Source: Desulfovibrionales bacterium
Lineage (GTDB): Bacteria; Desulfobacterota; QYQD01
DNA length: 64,000 nucleotides
NCBI GenBank assembly: GCA_028715605.1
Contig: JAQURM010000008.1
Location: 39,474 to 103,473, forward strand
Reading direction: 5' to 3'
Shown: one piece after another, positions 27,614-39,054 of the stretch
Layout of the letters: each line of letters opens with the position of its first letter
Position numbering within the stretch: the stretch's first letter is position 1
Made by a program: the position numbers and the translations under genes
The notes under the pieces: generated by a model
The model's database searches: none
What the model saw: only the letters and a program-made list of their open reading frames with translations
Told to the model about the DNA's origin: nothing

Positions 27614-28879
27614 TTATCCCTCCCCTCTCAATGTTCTCATGTTCCCAAAAAACTTACCAAAGACAAACGCGCCGAATGTCGTGACCACTGCAAAGAAGAG
27701 GACTATGCCTATGGTATCAAACATACCGGCGGTCGATTTGGCTATGTCAATCCACCCTAACTCGTTGAATTTATTCGGAAGGGCAAAGAGCCGGTTGAAG
27801 AAACCGGCCAGAACGGCCATGGCATAAAAGGCACGGATATAGATGCCGCGCACCACCTTGGTCGTCAACGCCCCGATCTGGATACCAATGAGGGAGCCGA
27901 GGAGCATGCCCATGGCCAAGGTGTAGAAGACAAAGCCATAGATGGCATATTGCGAGATAGAGGCAAAGCCGGCCGTCATGATGATCTGAAGAATATCAGT
28001 ACCCACCGTGGTAAACGAAGACACACCGAGCATGTAGACAAATATCGGAAAGGTCAGGAAGCCGCCGCCGACACCCATGATGGCCGCCACAAAACCGACA
28101 AAGGTCCCGCAAATACCCACAATCCAGGCCGAGAGTTTCCTGCCGCCGGGAACCAGGTCCTCATCAAAAGCGATCATGGGCGGCATGTTGATGGCCTGGA
28201 GTTTTCGGGGCAGGCCGGTCAACTCGCCAACCGGGCCACCGCCGTGTGCCCCACCCTCGTCGCCTTTCTTGCTGGCTTTCACAAAGTCCAGCATGGCATA
28301 GATGCCGAGAAAACCGAGCAGTAAGGCGTACACGATGCTGATAAAGGTGTCACTGATAACCGGGTTCATGTTGTAGAGGGCCCGGTTGATAACTCCGCCG
28401 CCAAGCACGCCAAAGATGGACCCGCCGACAAAGGCGATGGCCAGTCCCACGGAGACGTTGCCCAGTTTCTTGTGCACGGCCGTCCCCATGATGGCCTTGG
28501 CAAAGATGTGGAAGAGGTCTGTACCCACGGCCGTGATACCCTTGATACCGGCGCTCATCAGGGCCGGGGCGATAACAAAGCCGCCTCCTGCGCCGATGCA
28601 ACCCGTAATCAGTCCGGCGATAAGGCCGATGGCTATCGAGGACAGAAATATAGTAGTCGTATAGGTGGCCGGGGCGTATGCCTTCTTGCCGCCCAGGATG
28701 TGCGGAAGGTCTGCCGCCGAGGCCACCATTACGGCCAGGATCGGCAGCAGCAATGCAAGTAATATCAACAACTTTTTCCTGTTTTTCAAGATGGACATGG
28801 ATGCTTCATAGTCCCATCTGGCGTGTGCGGCGGACGCCATAACTAACACCTGATAAATTTTTCTCGTCGTTTTCATCAA
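27614..28879 (-). CDS. TauE/SafE-family transporter with internally duplicated domain; left paralogue of 56557-57819
   Basis: Repeated GCIGAGGGFVIAP / GVGGGFLTFP motifs; about 93% aa identity to the right-hand copy. Confidence 0.8.
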   Translation of the reverse strand: MMKTTRKIYQVLVMASAAHARWDYEASMSILKNRKKLLILLALLLPILAVMVASAADLPHILGGKKAYAPATYTTTIFLSSIAIGLIAGLITGCIGAGGGFVIAPALMSAGIKGITAVGTDLFHIFAKAIMGTAVHKKLGNVSVGLAIAFVGGSIFGVLGGGVINRALYNMNPVISDTFISIVYALLLGFLGIYAMLDFVKASKKGDEGGAHGGGPVGELTGLPRKLQAINMPPMIAFDEDLVPGGRKLSAWIVGICGTFVGFVAAIMGVGGGFLTFPIFVYMLGVSSFTTVGTDILQIIMTAGFASISQYAIYGFVFYTLAMGMLLGSLIGIQIGALTTKVVRGIYIRAFYAMAVLAGFFNRLFALPNKFNELGWIDIAKSTAGMFDTIGIVLFFAVVTTFGAFVFGKFFGNMRTLRGEG

Positions 28880-29246
28880 TATCCCCCCTGTTGGTTTGGT
28901 TAGTTATAGCATGGGCGAAGGTGCGAAATACGGACGTCCACGCTTGGTAAATTTTGTATACTAAACCTTGGTTACCGTGCCTCTACCCCCCCTTAATTAA
29001 AAAAAGCCCCGCCGTCTTCATAGTGCCTCCCTCCTCGCCGTTTTTATTTGAAAAAGCCTTACGTAAGATCGTATGAACAGCAATTCATTGTTTCTATACC
29101 AATATTAGATAAATGGCAAACAAAATTGTAAAAAGGCATCTATTCCCCCTCTCTGTTACTCGGAAAATCCTTTTAAATCCCCCTAGGAGACTGTGGCGTA
29201 ATAAGTGAGGAGATTATCAAGTAAAATAGGACATTTCTAAATTGGC

Positions 29247-29296
29247 TTGACAGGAATTTTTCTCTTCTTGACTTAAGTTATTATCTGCATTAAATT
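29247..29296 (+). promoter_or_regulatory. Putative sigma70 promoter for the tRNA-Leu / tig transcript (TTGACT-17-TAAATT, with an upstream TTGACA)
   Basis: -35 TTGACT at 29268-29273, a 17 nt spacer, and -10 TAAATT at 29291-29296. The mature tRNA 5' end is at 29307. Confidence 0.35.
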
Positions 29297-29306
29297 TAAC
29301 GCGTAA

Positions 29307-29393
<87 letters not shown>

Positions 29394-29426
29394 TTACTAA
29401 TTCAAGAGGTCAGGAGTACAAAAAAC

Positions 29427-30728
29427 GTGAGATGCAGAGTTGAGGATATAAGCGCCGTCCGCAAGAAGATCTATGTTGAGATTCCTCAAGAAGTCGTGGC
29501 TGAGGAGATTGAAAACGCTTACAGGGCCTTAAACAAGAAAGTGAGGATAAAGGGGTTCCGTCCAGGCAAGATCCCCAGGGAGATTTTAGAACGTTACTAC
29601 CGTCAAAATGTGGAAGTAGATACCCTGGATAAACTTCTCAACGATTCCTACCCCAGGGCCGTTCATGAGACAGGGCTTTCTCCGGTGGCCAGACCCGTGA
29701 TTGATGAGGAAGAATTCAAGCCCGGGGAGTATCTTAAATACACAGCTACGGTAGAGGTTAAGCCGCTTATAGAAGTGAAGGATTACCTGGAACTGGAGAT
29801 TGAGAGGAAGGAGTCGCCAGTTACCGACCAGGACGTGGACAAAAAACTGGATGAGCTCCGGCAGATGAATGCTCATTTTAAATCCATTGATGAAGACCGG
29901 CCGATCAGAGAGGGAGATGTAGCGGTTATTGATTATAAGGGATTTCGGGACGGCAACCCCGTGGAGGGAAGTAACGGACAAAGTTATCATCTGGAGGTCG
30001 GCTCCGGGCTTTTCAATCCGGATTTTGAAAGGCAATTAATTGGTTTGTCGAAAAATGCCGAAACAGAAATAAAGGTGACCTTCTCAGAGGATTTTGCAAA
30101 TAAAACAATGGCCGGAAAGACTATGGATTTCCAGGTTGGTGTAAATGACATAAAAGAAAGGGTTGTCCCGGCCTTAGATGATGCATTTGCTGTGGATCTG
30201 GGCGCTGACTTTAAGAACCTCGAAGACCTGCGCAATAAGGTCAAAGAGACCCTGGTTGAGGCCCAAAAAAAGCAGTCTGAAGCCGATATGCGGCGCCAGG
30301 TTATGGATATGCTGATAGCAAAATGTGATTTTGAATTGCCGGAGAGTCTCCTGGAAGGAGAAATAGACGCTATAGTGGATGAGTCCCGGCGTAAGCTGGC
30401 AAGAATGGGCATACCCGTTGAATCTACGGGTATTTCCGATAAAGAACTACGTAACAAATTTAGAGAAGAGGCGGGGAAGCGAGCCCGGGGCTCGCTCATC
30501 CTGGAGGAGATAGCACGCAGGGAAAATCTAAAGGTGGAAGAGAAGGATATTGACGAAGAATTCGCCAAGGTAGCCCGCACGCTCAACATGAAGCCGGAAG
30601 AGGCTAATCACCTGCGCGCCAACCCTAACCTTATGCAATCATTGCCGGATTATATATTACCCCAGAAGACACTGGATTATCTTATAGAACATGCGAAGAT
30701 AAAATTGGCTCAGGCTGCTGTGGAATAA
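29427..30728 (+). CDS. tig: Trigger factor
   Basis: GTG start after AGGAGT. KGFRPGKIPREILERYY and the PPIase (FKBP) region are present. The track's longer ORF (29313) overlaps the tRNA and is rejected. Confidence 0.9.
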   Translation: MRCRVEDISAVRKKIYVEIPQEVVAEEIENAYRALNKKVRIKGFRPGKIPREILERYYRQNVEVDTLDKLLNDSYPRAVHETGLSPVARPVIDEEEFKPGEYLKYTATVEVKPLIEVKDYLELEIERKESPVTDQDVDKKLDELRQMNAHFKSIDEDRPIREGDVAVIDYKGFRDGNPVEGSNGQSYHLEVGSGLFNPDFERQLIGLSKNAETEIKVTFSEDFANKTMAGKTMDFQVGVNDIKERVVPALDDAFAVDLGADFKNLEDLRNKVKETLVEAQKKQSEADMRRQVMDMLIAKCDFELPESLLEGEIDAIVDESRRKLARMGIPVESTGISDKELRNKFREEAGKRARGSLILEEIARRENLKVEEKDIDEEFAKVARTLNMKPEEANHLRANPNLMQSLPDYILPQKTLDYLIEHAKIKLAQAAVE

Positions 30729-30755
30729 GTATTGAAAATAGATGGAGATTGGAAG

Positions 30756-31361
30756 ATGACATTAATACCTATTGTTGTAGAACAGAGCTCACGCGGTGAA
30801 CGGGCTTATGATATCTATTCGCGCCTTTTAAAGGAAAGAATAATCTTTTTGGGGTCTTCAATAGATGACGACCTGGCTAATCTGGTGATTGCGCAGATGC
30901 TTTTTTTGGAGGCTGAAGACCCGGATAAGGATATTACCCTGTACATTAATTCCCCCGGGGGAATAGTGACGGCCGGACTGGCCGTCTATGATACCATGCA
31001 GTACATAAAACCAAATATTGTGACTCTGTGCATGGGGCAGGCTTCCAGTATGGCCGCACTACTCCTGGCCGCAGGGGCTAAGGGCAAACGCTATGCGCTG
31101 CCGCATTCGCGTATTTTGATTCATCAGCCCCTGGGCGGCGCCCAGGGTCAGGCCACAGACGTAGATATTCAGGCGCGGGAGATTTTGCGGCTGCGTGAAG
31201 AGCTGAACAAGATTTTGTCGGATCACACCGGCCAATCCATTGAGCGGATCAGCAGGGATACGGACCGCGATTTCTTTATGGGCGGCGGGCAGGCCATGGA
31301 ATACGGCCTCATTGATGAGGTTATAGCTAAACGGCCTGTGCTTAAAAAGGAGGAAAATTAA
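30756..31361 (+). CDS. clpP: ATP-dependent Clp protease proteolytic subunit
   Basis: [25 protein letters not shown]...[13 protein letters not shown] (catalytic Ser). Start chosen at the internal ATG with a GGAG ribosome-binding site. Confidence 0.9.
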   Translation: MTLIPIVVEQSSRGERAYDIYSRLLKERIIFLGSSIDDDLANLVIAQMLFLEAEDPDKDITLYINSPGGIVTAGLAVYDTMQYIKPNIVTLCMGQASSMAALLLAAGAKGKRYALPHSRILIHQPLGGAQGQATDVDIQAREILRLREELNKILSDHTGQSIERISRDTDRDFFMGGGQAMEYGLIDEVIAKRPVLKKEEN

Positions 31362-32617
31362 TGTCAAAAAAGGCTGATAGAAAGGGAAGCGATTTACTCT
31401 GTTCTTTTTGCGGTAAAAGCCAGGACGAGGTCAAGAAGCTGATCGCAGGGCCGGCTGTCTATATCTGTGATGAGTGTATAGAACTCTGTAATGATATTAT
31501 GGCTGAGGAGTATGAGAAGGAAGAGGTGGCCAAGAGGAGCGGCTCGATACCAAAGCCTCGAGAGATCAAAAATATCATGGATGAATATGTAATAGGCCAG
31601 GAAAGGGCAAAAAAGATACTGGCCGTAGCGGTTCACAACCACTATAAAAGAATTGACAGCCGGGTCGATACCCAGGGCATAGAACTGCAAAAGAGTAACA
31701 TCCTCCTTGTCGGCCCAACGGGTTGCGGGAAGACTCTTCTGGCCCAGACCCTGGCCAAGATACTGAATGTCCCCTTTACTATTGCCGATGCCACTTCTCT
31801 CACCGAGGCCGGTTATGTGGGTGAGGATGTTGAGAATATTATCTTAAGCCTGTTGCAGGCGGCTGACTACGATGTGGCCCTGGCCTCGCGGGGTATAGTT
31901 TACATTGATGAAATCGATAAGATCGCCCGAAAATCAGACAACCCGTCTATCACCCGTGACGTCTCCGGCGAAGGCGTACAGCAGGCATTACTCAAGATTA
32001 TAGAAGGGACTACGGCCAACGTCCCGCCCAAGGGTGGTCGCAAACACCCCCAGCAGGAATTTGTCAAGGTGGATACTACCAATATCCTTTTCATCTGCGG
32101 TGGGGCATTTGTTGGCCTGGAAAACATCATCAGAAACAGGATCGGGGTCAAGTCCATGGGCTTTGGCGCCGATATTCGCGGGGCGTCCCAGTCCAGGCTT
32201 GGTGATATCCTGGGTGAGGTCAAGCCGGAAGACCTCTTGCGTTTTGGTCTTATACCGGAATTTGTGGGAAGATTGCCGGTCGTGGCCACACTGGAAGAAC
32301 TGGATGAAGAGGCGCTTATCAAGATATTGAAAGAGCCTAAAAATGCCCTGGTCAAACAGTATAAGAAGCTTTTCGAGCTTGATCATATTAACTTACGCTT
32401 CACCGAAGGGGCGCTGGTGGCCGTGGCCCGTGAAAGTATGAAAAGAAAGTCCGGCGCCAGAGGATTAAGATCTATTCTTGAGAATGCCATGCTGGACATA
32501 ATGTATGAACTCCCCTCTAAGGGGGACGCAAGGGAATGTGTGATCAGCGAAGAGGTAATACTCAATAGAGAGGAACCCATTATCCTGTATGAGACAACAA
32601 AGGCTCGTAGTGCATAA
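31361..32617 (+). CDS. clpX: ATP-dependent Clp protease ATP-binding subunit ClpX
   Basis: Zinc-finger CSFCGKS...CDEC; GPTGCGKT Walker A; IYIDEIDK Walker B. Confidence 0.95.
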   Translation: MSKKADRKGSDLLCSFCGKSQDEVKKLIAGPAVYICDECIELCNDIMAEEYEKEEVAKRSGSIPKPREIKNIMDEYVIGQERAKKILAVAVHNHYKRIDSRVDTQGIELQKSNILLVGPTGCGKTLLAQTLAKILNVPFTIADATSLTEAGYVGEDVENIILSLLQAADYDVALASRGIVYIDEIDKIARKSDNPSITRDVSGEGVQQALLKIIEGTTANVPPKGGRKHPQQEFVKVDTTNILFICGGAFVGLENIIRNRIGVKSMGFGADIRGASQSRLGDILGEVKPEDLLRFGLIPEFVGRLPVVATLEELDEEALIKILKEPKNALVKQYKKLFELDHINLRFTEGALVAVARESMKRKSGARGLRSILENAMLDIMYELPSKGDARECVISEEVILNREEPIILYETTKARSA

Positions 32618-32628
32618 GGGGTATATTT

Positions 32629-35073
32629 ATGTTTGGTTCTAACGCAAAGGGGAAAGAGGATGCCTTGAAAAGGGAGAAGATCGTTGTCCCGCTTTTACCG
32701 CTGCGTGATATAGTGATTTTCCCGCACATGGTAGCGCCGCTTTTTGTGGGAAGGGAGAAGTCCATCCAGGCATTGGAAGATGCTATGGGTCGAAAGGCGG
32801 ATCTTTTCCTTACAGCGCAAAAGGATGCCAAAAGAGACGAGCCCGGCGAAAGAGATATAGAACCCATTGGAACCATAGGCAGTATATTACAACTCCTGCG
32901 TCTGCCGGACGGTACGGTGAAACTCCTGGTCGAGGGTAAGAGGCGCGGGAAGATAACGCAATTCCTGCCCCATAAAAACTTCTTCCTGGTTGAAGTCGAG
33001 GAGATGGCTGATACGGGTGAGCATGGTCTGGAAAAAGAGGCGTTGGTGCGCACCGTACGTTCTACCTTTGAGGAGTATGCAAAATTTAACAAAAAGATAC
33101 CTTCAGAAGTACTGTTATCTATTGCTTCTATTGATGATGTCTCTAAGTTAGCCGACACCATGGCATCTCATTTGACCTTGCGCCTCGCAGACAAACAGGC
33201 CGTTCTGGAGACGTTGAATCTGGCCAAGCGTCTGGAAAAGCTTTATCACCTGATGTGCGCCGAGATAGAGGTCGCTCAGATCGAGCATCGCATAAAAGAC
33301 CGGGTCAAAAAGCAGATGGAGAAGACCCAGAAGGAATATTATCTCAGCGAACAGATGCGTGCCATCCAGAAGGAGATGGGCGGTAAAGATGACTTTAAAA
33401 GTGAGATGAATGAACTCGAGCAAAAGATTAAACGGAAGCGGATGTCGAAAGAGGCCGCAGCCAAGGTGCGTAATGAGTTCAAGAAACTGAAGATGATGTC
33501 GCCTATGTCCGCTGAGGCTACTGTTGTCCGTAATTATATAGACTGGTTGATTTCCCTCCCCTGGTATGAAAAGAGCAGGAATCAGATAGATATTAACGAG
33601 GCAGAGAGGATCCTGGAAGAGGATCATTATGGTCTTAAGAAGCCGAAGGAAAGGATTATTGAATACCTGGCGGTCCAGAGTCTTGTCAAAAAGATGAAAG
33701 GGCCGATTCTCTGTCTGGTAGGCCCGCCCGGAGTAGGAAAGACTTCTCTGGCCAAGTCCATAGCGCGGGCCACCAGGCGAAACTTTATCCGCTTATCTCT
33801 GGGTGGAGTAAGGGATGAGGCGGAAATCCGGGGTCACCGGCGGACATATATAGGGGCTATGCCCGGGAAGATAATACAATCTTTGCGCAAGGCCAAAGTC
33901 AATAACCCGGTCTTCTGTCTGGATGAAGTGGACAAGATGAGCATGGATTTTCGCGGCGATCCTTCCGCTGCCCTCCTGGAGGTGCTTGATCCGGAACAAA
34001 ATCATAGCTTTAATGACCATTATCTCGATATCGATTATGATTTATCGGAAATTCTCTTTATAACTACGGCTAATACCCTCCACGCTATTCCACCTCCCTT
34101 ACAGGACAGGATGGAGGTTATTCAACTTTCCGGATATACGGAAGAAGAGAAATTAAATATTGCCAGGAAATTTTTAATCCCAAAGCAGATTCAGGCTAAT
34201 GGTCTTCAGAAGGGTGACCTGGATATTACAGATAATGCTATTCTGGGAATCAGCCGCCGTTATACCCGGGAAGCCGGCGTCCGTAACTTAGAGAGGGAGA
34301 TTTCCAGTATATGCCGTAAGGTGGCCAAGGAGATTGCCAAAAACAAAGAGGAGAGGCGAAAGGCGGTGGTTAATGCCCAGTCCCTGGAGAAATATCTTGG
34401 TGTTCCTCGTTACCGCTATGGCCTGGCTGAAGAGAAGGATGAGATCGGGGTGGCTACCGGACTGGCCTGGACAGAGTTCGGCGGGGAGATACTGCAGATT
34501 GAAGCAGTTATCATGCCCGGGAAAGGCAACCTGACCATCACAGGTAAGCTGGGCGATGTCATGCAGGAATCGGCCAGGGCCGCCCTCAGCTATGTCCGTT
34601 CCAGGGCTGAAAGCCTTGGACTGGATGCTGATTTTTACCAGAAGATAGATATCCATATTCATGTGCCGGAAGGAGCTATCCCCAAAGATGGTCCGTCGGC
34701 CGGTATTACCATGGCCACGGCTATAACCTCGGCCTTGCTTAAGATCCCGGTCCATAAAGATACGGCCATGACAGGCGAAATTACATTGAGGGGCCGTGTA
34801 CTGCCTATTGGCGGGCTTAAAGAAAAGATGCTGGCGGCAAGGCGGAGTAATGTGAGTGCGGTGTTTATCCCTCGTGAGAATGAAAAAGACCTCAAAGATA
34901 TTCCCCCTAGGTTGATTAAATCTATCCAAGTGGAAATGGTTGAAAGCATGGACGAGGTGCTCAAGAAGGCGCTGGTATTGGATGACCCGGAGTCTTTATT
35001 CAAGGGTCCGGCATCCTCTCCGGTAGGCGTTTTCCCTAAAGGGGAGGTCCTTCCAGAAATTACCGCCCATTGA
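32629..35073 (+). CDS. lon: Lon protease (full-length LonA)
   Basis: N-terminal LON domain, GPPGVGKTS Walker [13 protein letters not shown] catalytic Ser; 814 aa. Confidence 0.95.
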   Translation: MFGSNAKGKEDALKREKIVVPLLPLRDIVIFPHMVAPLFVGREKSIQALEDAMGRKADLFLTAQKDAKRDEPGERDIEPIGTIGSILQLLRLPDGTVKLLVEGKRRGKITQFLPHKNFFLVEVEEMADTGEHGLEKEALVRTVRSTFEEYAKFNKKIPSEVLLSIASIDDVSKLADTMASHLTLRLADKQAVLETLNLAKRLEKLYHLMCAEIEVAQIEHRIKDRVKKQMEKTQKEYYLSEQMRAIQKEMGGKDDFKSEMNELEQKIKRKRMSKEAAAKVRNEFKKLKMMSPMSAEATVVRNYIDWLISLPWYEKSRNQIDINEAERILEEDHYGLKKPKERIIEYLAVQSLVKKMKGPILCLVGPPGVGKTSLAKSIARATRRNFIRLSLGGVRDEAEIRGHRRTYIGAMPGKIIQSLRKAKVNNPVFCLDEVDKMSMDFRGDPSAALLEVLDPEQNHSFNDHYLDIDYDLSEILFITTANTLHAIPPPLQDRMEVIQLSGYTEEEKLNIARKFLIPKQIQANGLQKGDLDITDNAILGISRRYTREAGVRNLEREISSICRKVAKEIAKNKEERRKAVVNAQSLEKYLGVPRYRYGLAEEKDEIGVATGLAWTEFGGEILQIEAVIMPGKGNLTITGKLGDVMQESARAALSYVRSRAESLGLDADFYQKIDIHIHVPEGAIPKDGPSAGITMATAITSALLKIPVHKDTAMTGEITLRGRVLPIGGLKEKMLAARRSNVSAVFIPRENEKDLKDIPPRLIKSIQVEMVESMDEVLKKALVLDDPESLFKGPASSPVGVFPKGEVLPEITAH

Positions 35074-35151
35074 TGTATTGCTTCTTATAACTTTATGTAC
35101 ATTTTGCTTGACTTGCCAAAATGGAGTTGTTAATAGTACAAACCTGATCAG

Positions 35152-35227
35152 GGGCGGATAGCTCAGTTGGGAGAGCATCGGCCTTACAAGCCGGGGGTCA
35201 CAGGTTCAAGCCCTGTTCCGCCTACCA
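35152..35227 (+). tRNA. tRNA-Val (anticodon TAC)
   Basis: gggcggatagctcagttgggagagc...ccTTACAAgccggg...ggttcaagccctgttccgcct-a-cca. Cloverleaf pairs; encoded CCA. Confidence 0.85.
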
Positions 35228-35250
35228 TTTCTTGTCTTAAAATAATCGTC

Positions 35251-35328
35251 GGGGTCGTAGTTCAGTTTGGTTAGAACGCCGGCCTGTCACGCCGGAGGTC
35301 GCGAGTTCGAGTCTCGTCGGCCCCGCCA
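35251..35328 (+). tRNA. tRNA-Asp (anticodon GTC)
   Basis: ggggtcgtagttcagtttggttagaacgccggcctGTCacgccgg...ggttcgagtctcgtcggcccc-g-cca. Confidence 0.85.
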
Positions 35329-35337
35329 ATAACGTTA

Positions 35338-35372
35338 AGGGATTAGTCATGATGGCTAATCCCTTTTTTATT
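35338..35372 (+). terminator. Rho-independent terminator after the tRNA pair
   Basis: gggattag-tcatgatgg-ctaatccc followed by ttttttatttttg. Confidence 0.6.
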
Positions 35373-35479
35373 TTTGACTGGGGATTCGTGACCCCGCTGC
35401 CCCAGAAATGACTTGACACTTCCGCCCCATTTATTATAGTCAGCCCCGTTTGACTGCTATTTTAAAAAATATTATATGT

Positions 35480-36598
35480 ATGGATGACTTGTATTACTGG
35501 ATGGCCCTCCACCTGATCCCGGGGGTTGGAGGTGTCACCTACCGGCAGCTTATCAAGGTTTTTGGCGCACCTGAAGAAGTATTCAAGGCCAAAGAAACTG
35601 AGCTTACGGCCATAAAAGGAATTCGGTCGGCGACCATAGAGGCTATACGCAAATTTGCCTCCAAAGAACGCGCCGCACAGGAACTAAAATTACTACGTAA
35701 GTATGGGGTAAAGATACTCACCTTTCAGGATGAGGCCTATCCTCAAAATCTGGCAAATATCTATGACGCGCCGGCCCTGCTTTACATTAAGGGGAATTTG
35801 AGTGAGGCCGATACCTTTAGCGTGGCAGTGGTCGGATCACGCCATGCCACCTATTATGGACAGAAGGCAGCGGAAGGGCTCTGCCGCTCTCTGGCCGGCC
35901 ATGGCCTGACCATCGTGAGCGGTATGGCGCGCGGCATCGACACGGCTGCCCATCTGGGCGCCCTCTGGGGCAAAGGCCGAACCATAGCGGTACTGGGTTC
36001 AGGACTGGACATCGTCTATCCCGAGGAAAACAAGGACCTATATCACCGTATAACTGAAAACGGGGCGGTTATATCCGAATATCCCCTGGGCACGCCCCCT
36101 GAACCTAAAAATTTTCCGATACGTAACCGGATTATCAGCGGCCTGGCCTTGGGTACGGTTATCGTGGAGGCCACCGGGAAAAGCGGCTCTTTAATCACCG
36201 CCAACTTAGCCCTTGAGCAGGGGCGCGAGGTATTTGCCGTGCCCGGGAGCATAAACTCGCTCCGGAGCAGTGGAACACACAAGCTCATTAAGCAGGGGGC
36301 AAAATTAGTTGAATCTGCCGAGGACATAGTAGAAGAACTGCGCCCCCTGAAAAAATTCTCCCCAGAGCCGGCATTACAGGGCGAAAAAACTACAAATTGC
36401 CCACCGGTCTGTATCCCTCAGGATATTTTGCCTGAAGAAAGGGATATTCTGGCGCTGGTGGAAGAATATCCTCAACATATTGACGAATTAGTCCGAAGAG
36501 GAGACTTAGTTGTGCAAAAAGTAAGCGGCATACTTCTTAATTTAGAATTAAAGGGCCTGGTTCAGCAGTTACCCGGAAAACTATTTGTCAGAAAATAA
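35480..36598 (+). CDS. dprA: DNA processing protein A (Smf/DprA)
   Basis: LYYWMALHLIPGVGGVTYRQLIKVFG...VVGSRHATYYGQK...GMARGIDTAAH (Rossmann DprA core). Preceded by a TTGACA-16-TATAGT-like promoter near 35413-35445. Confidence 0.8.
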   Translation: MDDLYYWMALHLIPGVGGVTYRQLIKVFGAPEEVFKAKETELTAIKGIRSATIEAIRKFASKERAAQELKLLRKYGVKILTFQDEAYPQNLANIYDAPALLYIKGNLSEADTFSVAVVGSRHATYYGQKAAEGLCRSLAGHGLTIVSGMARGIDTAAHLGALWGKGRTIAVLGSGLDIVYPEENKDLYHRITENGAVISEYPLGTPPEPKNFPIRNRIISGLALGTVIVEATGKSGSLITANLALEQGREVFAVPGSINSLRSSGTHKLIKQGAKLVESAEDIVEELRPLKKFSPEPALQGEKTTNCPPVCIPQDILPEERDILALVEEYPQHIDELVRRGDLVVQKVSGILLNLELKGLVQQLPGKLFVRK

Positions 36599-36609
36599 CA
36601 GGGGATAAT

Positions 36610-38856
36610 ATGTCCAAGTCGCTTCTCATCGTAGAATCGCCGACCAAGGCCAAAACGCTACAAAAATACATAGGGAAGAAGTTCACGGTAAAGGCCTCGG
36701 TAGGTCATATTAAAGACCTCCCGAAAAACAGCCTGGGCGTGGATATTAAGGATAACTTTCAGCCTGAGTATAAGGTAATAAAGGGCAAGGCAAAGATCAT
36801 CCAGGAATTAAAAAAAGCGGCCCAGGAGGCAACGGACATCTACCTTGGCCCTGATCCGGACCGTGAAGGTGAGGCCATAGCCTGGCATATCCAAGATGAA
36901 TTAAAGTCCACCGGCAAGACCTTCCATCGCGTGCTCTTCAATGAATTTACGCCCAAAGCTATTGCCGGGGCGCTGGCAACGCCCGCCTCTCTTGATATAC
37001 ACAAGTTTGAATCCCAGCAGGCCAGGAGGATACTGGACCGCCTGGTCGGTTACCAGATTTCCCCCCTCCTCTGGAAAAAAGTGCAAAAGGGCCTCTCGGC
37101 CGGCCGCGTGCAGTCCGTAGCAGTGCGCATTGTCTGTGAACGGGAGCGGGAGATTCAGGCCTTTGTGCCTGAAGAATACTGGTCTATTACCGCCGGATTA
37201 GAGGGTAAAGAGCCCCCTTCCTTCGAGGCTAGGCTGGTCGCCATTGACCAGAAAAAAATAAAGATCAATGACCAGGCCCAGGCCGAAAACATACTGAAAG
37301 ACTTGGAGGGACATGCCTACCGGGTTGCAAACGTGGAGCGTAAGGAGAAAAAACGTCATCCCAACCCGCCTTTCATAACCAGTACCATGCAGCAGGAGGC
37401 TTACCGCAAGCTGCGTTTTTCCGCTAAAAAGACCATGCTCCTGGCCCAGCAACTCTATGAAGGAATAGACTTGGGTGAGGAGGGACCGGTCGGTCTCATT
37501 ACCTATATGCGTACTGACTCTACGCGCCTTAGCGCCGAGGCCGTGACGGCCGTCAGAGAGGCAATAAAACAGACCTTTGGCCCGGAATATCTTCCTGCCA
37601 GGCCAAATGTCTATAAAAGCCGTAAAAGCGCTCAAGAGGCCCATGAGGCCATACGGCCGGCTGACCCATCGCTTCTTACACCGGAAAAGGTAAAAGACTT
37701 CCTCTCTAAAGACCATTTCCTATTATATGACCTGATCTGGAAGAGATTCACGGCCAGCCAGATGTCCTCAGCCGTTATGGATCAGACCATGGTAGATATA
37801 GAGGCCGGTTCTTACGGATTCCGTGCCACCGGAAGCATAATGAAATTTCTTGGATTTATGGCCCTCTATGTAGAAGGACTGGATGAAAACGGAGAAGTGG
37901 GCGAGGTAACCCTCCCCAAACTTGCAGCCGGAGAGGCATTAAAACTCCTGAACCTGACCCCCAAACAACACTTCACCCAGCCGCCGCCGCGTTTTACTGA
38001 GGCCACCCTCATAAAGACCCTGGAGGAGAGCGGCATCGGCCGGCCAAGTACTTATGCCACCATCCTTTCACATATCCAGGCCCGGAAATACGCCAGCCTT
38101 GAAAAAGGATGTTTCAGACCTACAGAGTTGGGCTTTCTGGTCACCGACCTCCTGGTCAATCACTTTCCGGATATACTTAATGTGAAGTTTACCGCCCGGA
38201 TGGAAGATGAACTGGATAAGATCGAAGAGGCCCGGGCCAACTGGGCGGACACCCTGCGCCACTTCTACGGTCCCTTTAAGGAGCGGCTGGACCAGGCTGA
38301 GAGCAATATGGTTTCGCTGAAGGGGCAAGGGCTGCCCACGGATGTGACCTGCGATAAATGTGGAAATCCCATGGTAATTAAGACCGGCAAAAGCGGCCCC
38401 TTCCTGGCCTGCTCTAACTACCCGGCATGTAGAAACACCAAGGATTTTAATCGCGATCGAAATGGAAAGATCGAGATACAAAAAGAGGACGAAAAGTCAT
38501 ACGGGACCTGTGAAAAGTGCGGACGGCCCATGGTGCAGAAACGTGGCCGGTTTGGGGCGTTCCTGGCCTGTTCCGGTTATCCGGATTGTAAAAACACACG
38601 GCCTCTGGGTACCGGAATAAAGTGCCCTGAACCGGACTGTGACGGAGAGATCATTCAAAAACGTACGAAAAAGGGGCGGGGTTTCTATGGCTGCAGCAAG
38701 TATCCAAAATGTCAGTTTGCCACCTGGGAACAGCCCGTAGCCGAAGAATGCCCCAGATGCAAAGCCCCTTTCCTGCTCCTCAAAACTGACAAGAACGGCA
38801 CCAAGCAGGTCCGCTGTCCGCAAAAAGAATGCGATTATAAAGAAAAACGGGGTTAG
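36610..38856 (+). CDS. topA: DNA topoisomerase I with C-terminal zinc-ribbon repeats
   Basis: MSKSLLIVESPTKAKT (Toprim), the active-site Tyr region (GLITYMRTDS), and four C-terminal C4 zinc ribbons (CDKCG...C, CEKCG...C and others). Confidence 0.9.
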   Translation: MSKSLLIVESPTKAKTLQKYIGKKFTVKASVGHIKDLPKNSLGVDIKDNFQPEYKVIKGKAKIIQELKKAAQEATDIYLGPDPDREGEAIAWHIQDELKSTGKTFHRVLFNEFTPKAIAGALATPASLDIHKFESQQARRILDRLVGYQISPLLWKKVQKGLSAGRVQSVAVRIVCEREREIQAFVPEEYWSITAGLEGKEPPSFEARLVAIDQKKIKINDQAQAENILKDLEGHAYRVANVERKEKKRHPNPPFITSTMQQEAYRKLRFSAKKTMLLAQQLYEGIDLGEEGPVGLITYMRTDSTRLSAEAVTAVREAIKQTFGPEYLPARPNVYKSRKSAQEAHEAIRPADPSLLTPEKVKDFLSKDHFLLYDLIWKRFTASQMSSAVMDQTMVDIEAGSYGFRATGSIMKFLGFMALYVEGLDENGEVGEVTLPKLAAGEALKLLNLTPKQHFTQPPPRFTEATLIKTLEESGIGRPSTYATILSHIQARKYASLEKGCFRPTELGFLVTDLLVNHFPDILNVKFTARMEDELDKIEEARANWADTLRHFYGPFKERLDQAESNMVSLKGQGLPTDVTCDKCGNPMVIKTGKSGPFLACSNYPACRNTKDFNRDRNGKIEIQKEDEKSYGTCEKCGRPMVQKRGRFGAFLACSGYPDCKNTRPLGTGIKCPEPDCDGEIIQKRTKKGRGFYGCSKYPKCQFATWEQPVAEECPRCKAPFLLLKTDKNGTKQVRCPQKECDYKEKRG

Positions 38857-39054
38857 TTTCCGATCAATTTGTAAAAAATCATTTCACCGCTTAGTATTCA
38901 CTATCCATTGTCATTTGAGTTATGAGCTGGGAGTTACGGGTTCTTTAACCCGGACAGTGGAACTCATAACGCATCACTCATGACTTAATCTATCAATTAC
39001 TGACTTCCGACTCTTGACTATCGACTATAATACAAGTACAGGATACAGATAACA

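Noticed and set aside
29987-30589. 200-aa minus-strand ORF, and similar long antisense ORFs (32580-33161, 33148-33627, 34288-34929, 40738-41550, 24330-24971, 22154-22699, 16449-17312)
   Set aside because: All lie opposite confidently identified genes (tig, lon, the ECF sigma module, the dikinase-like gene, usp, ftsH) and have serine/arginine-rich, low-information translations.
35237-35419. 60-aa minus-strand ORF
   Set aside because: It overlaps tRNA-Asp and the following terminator.
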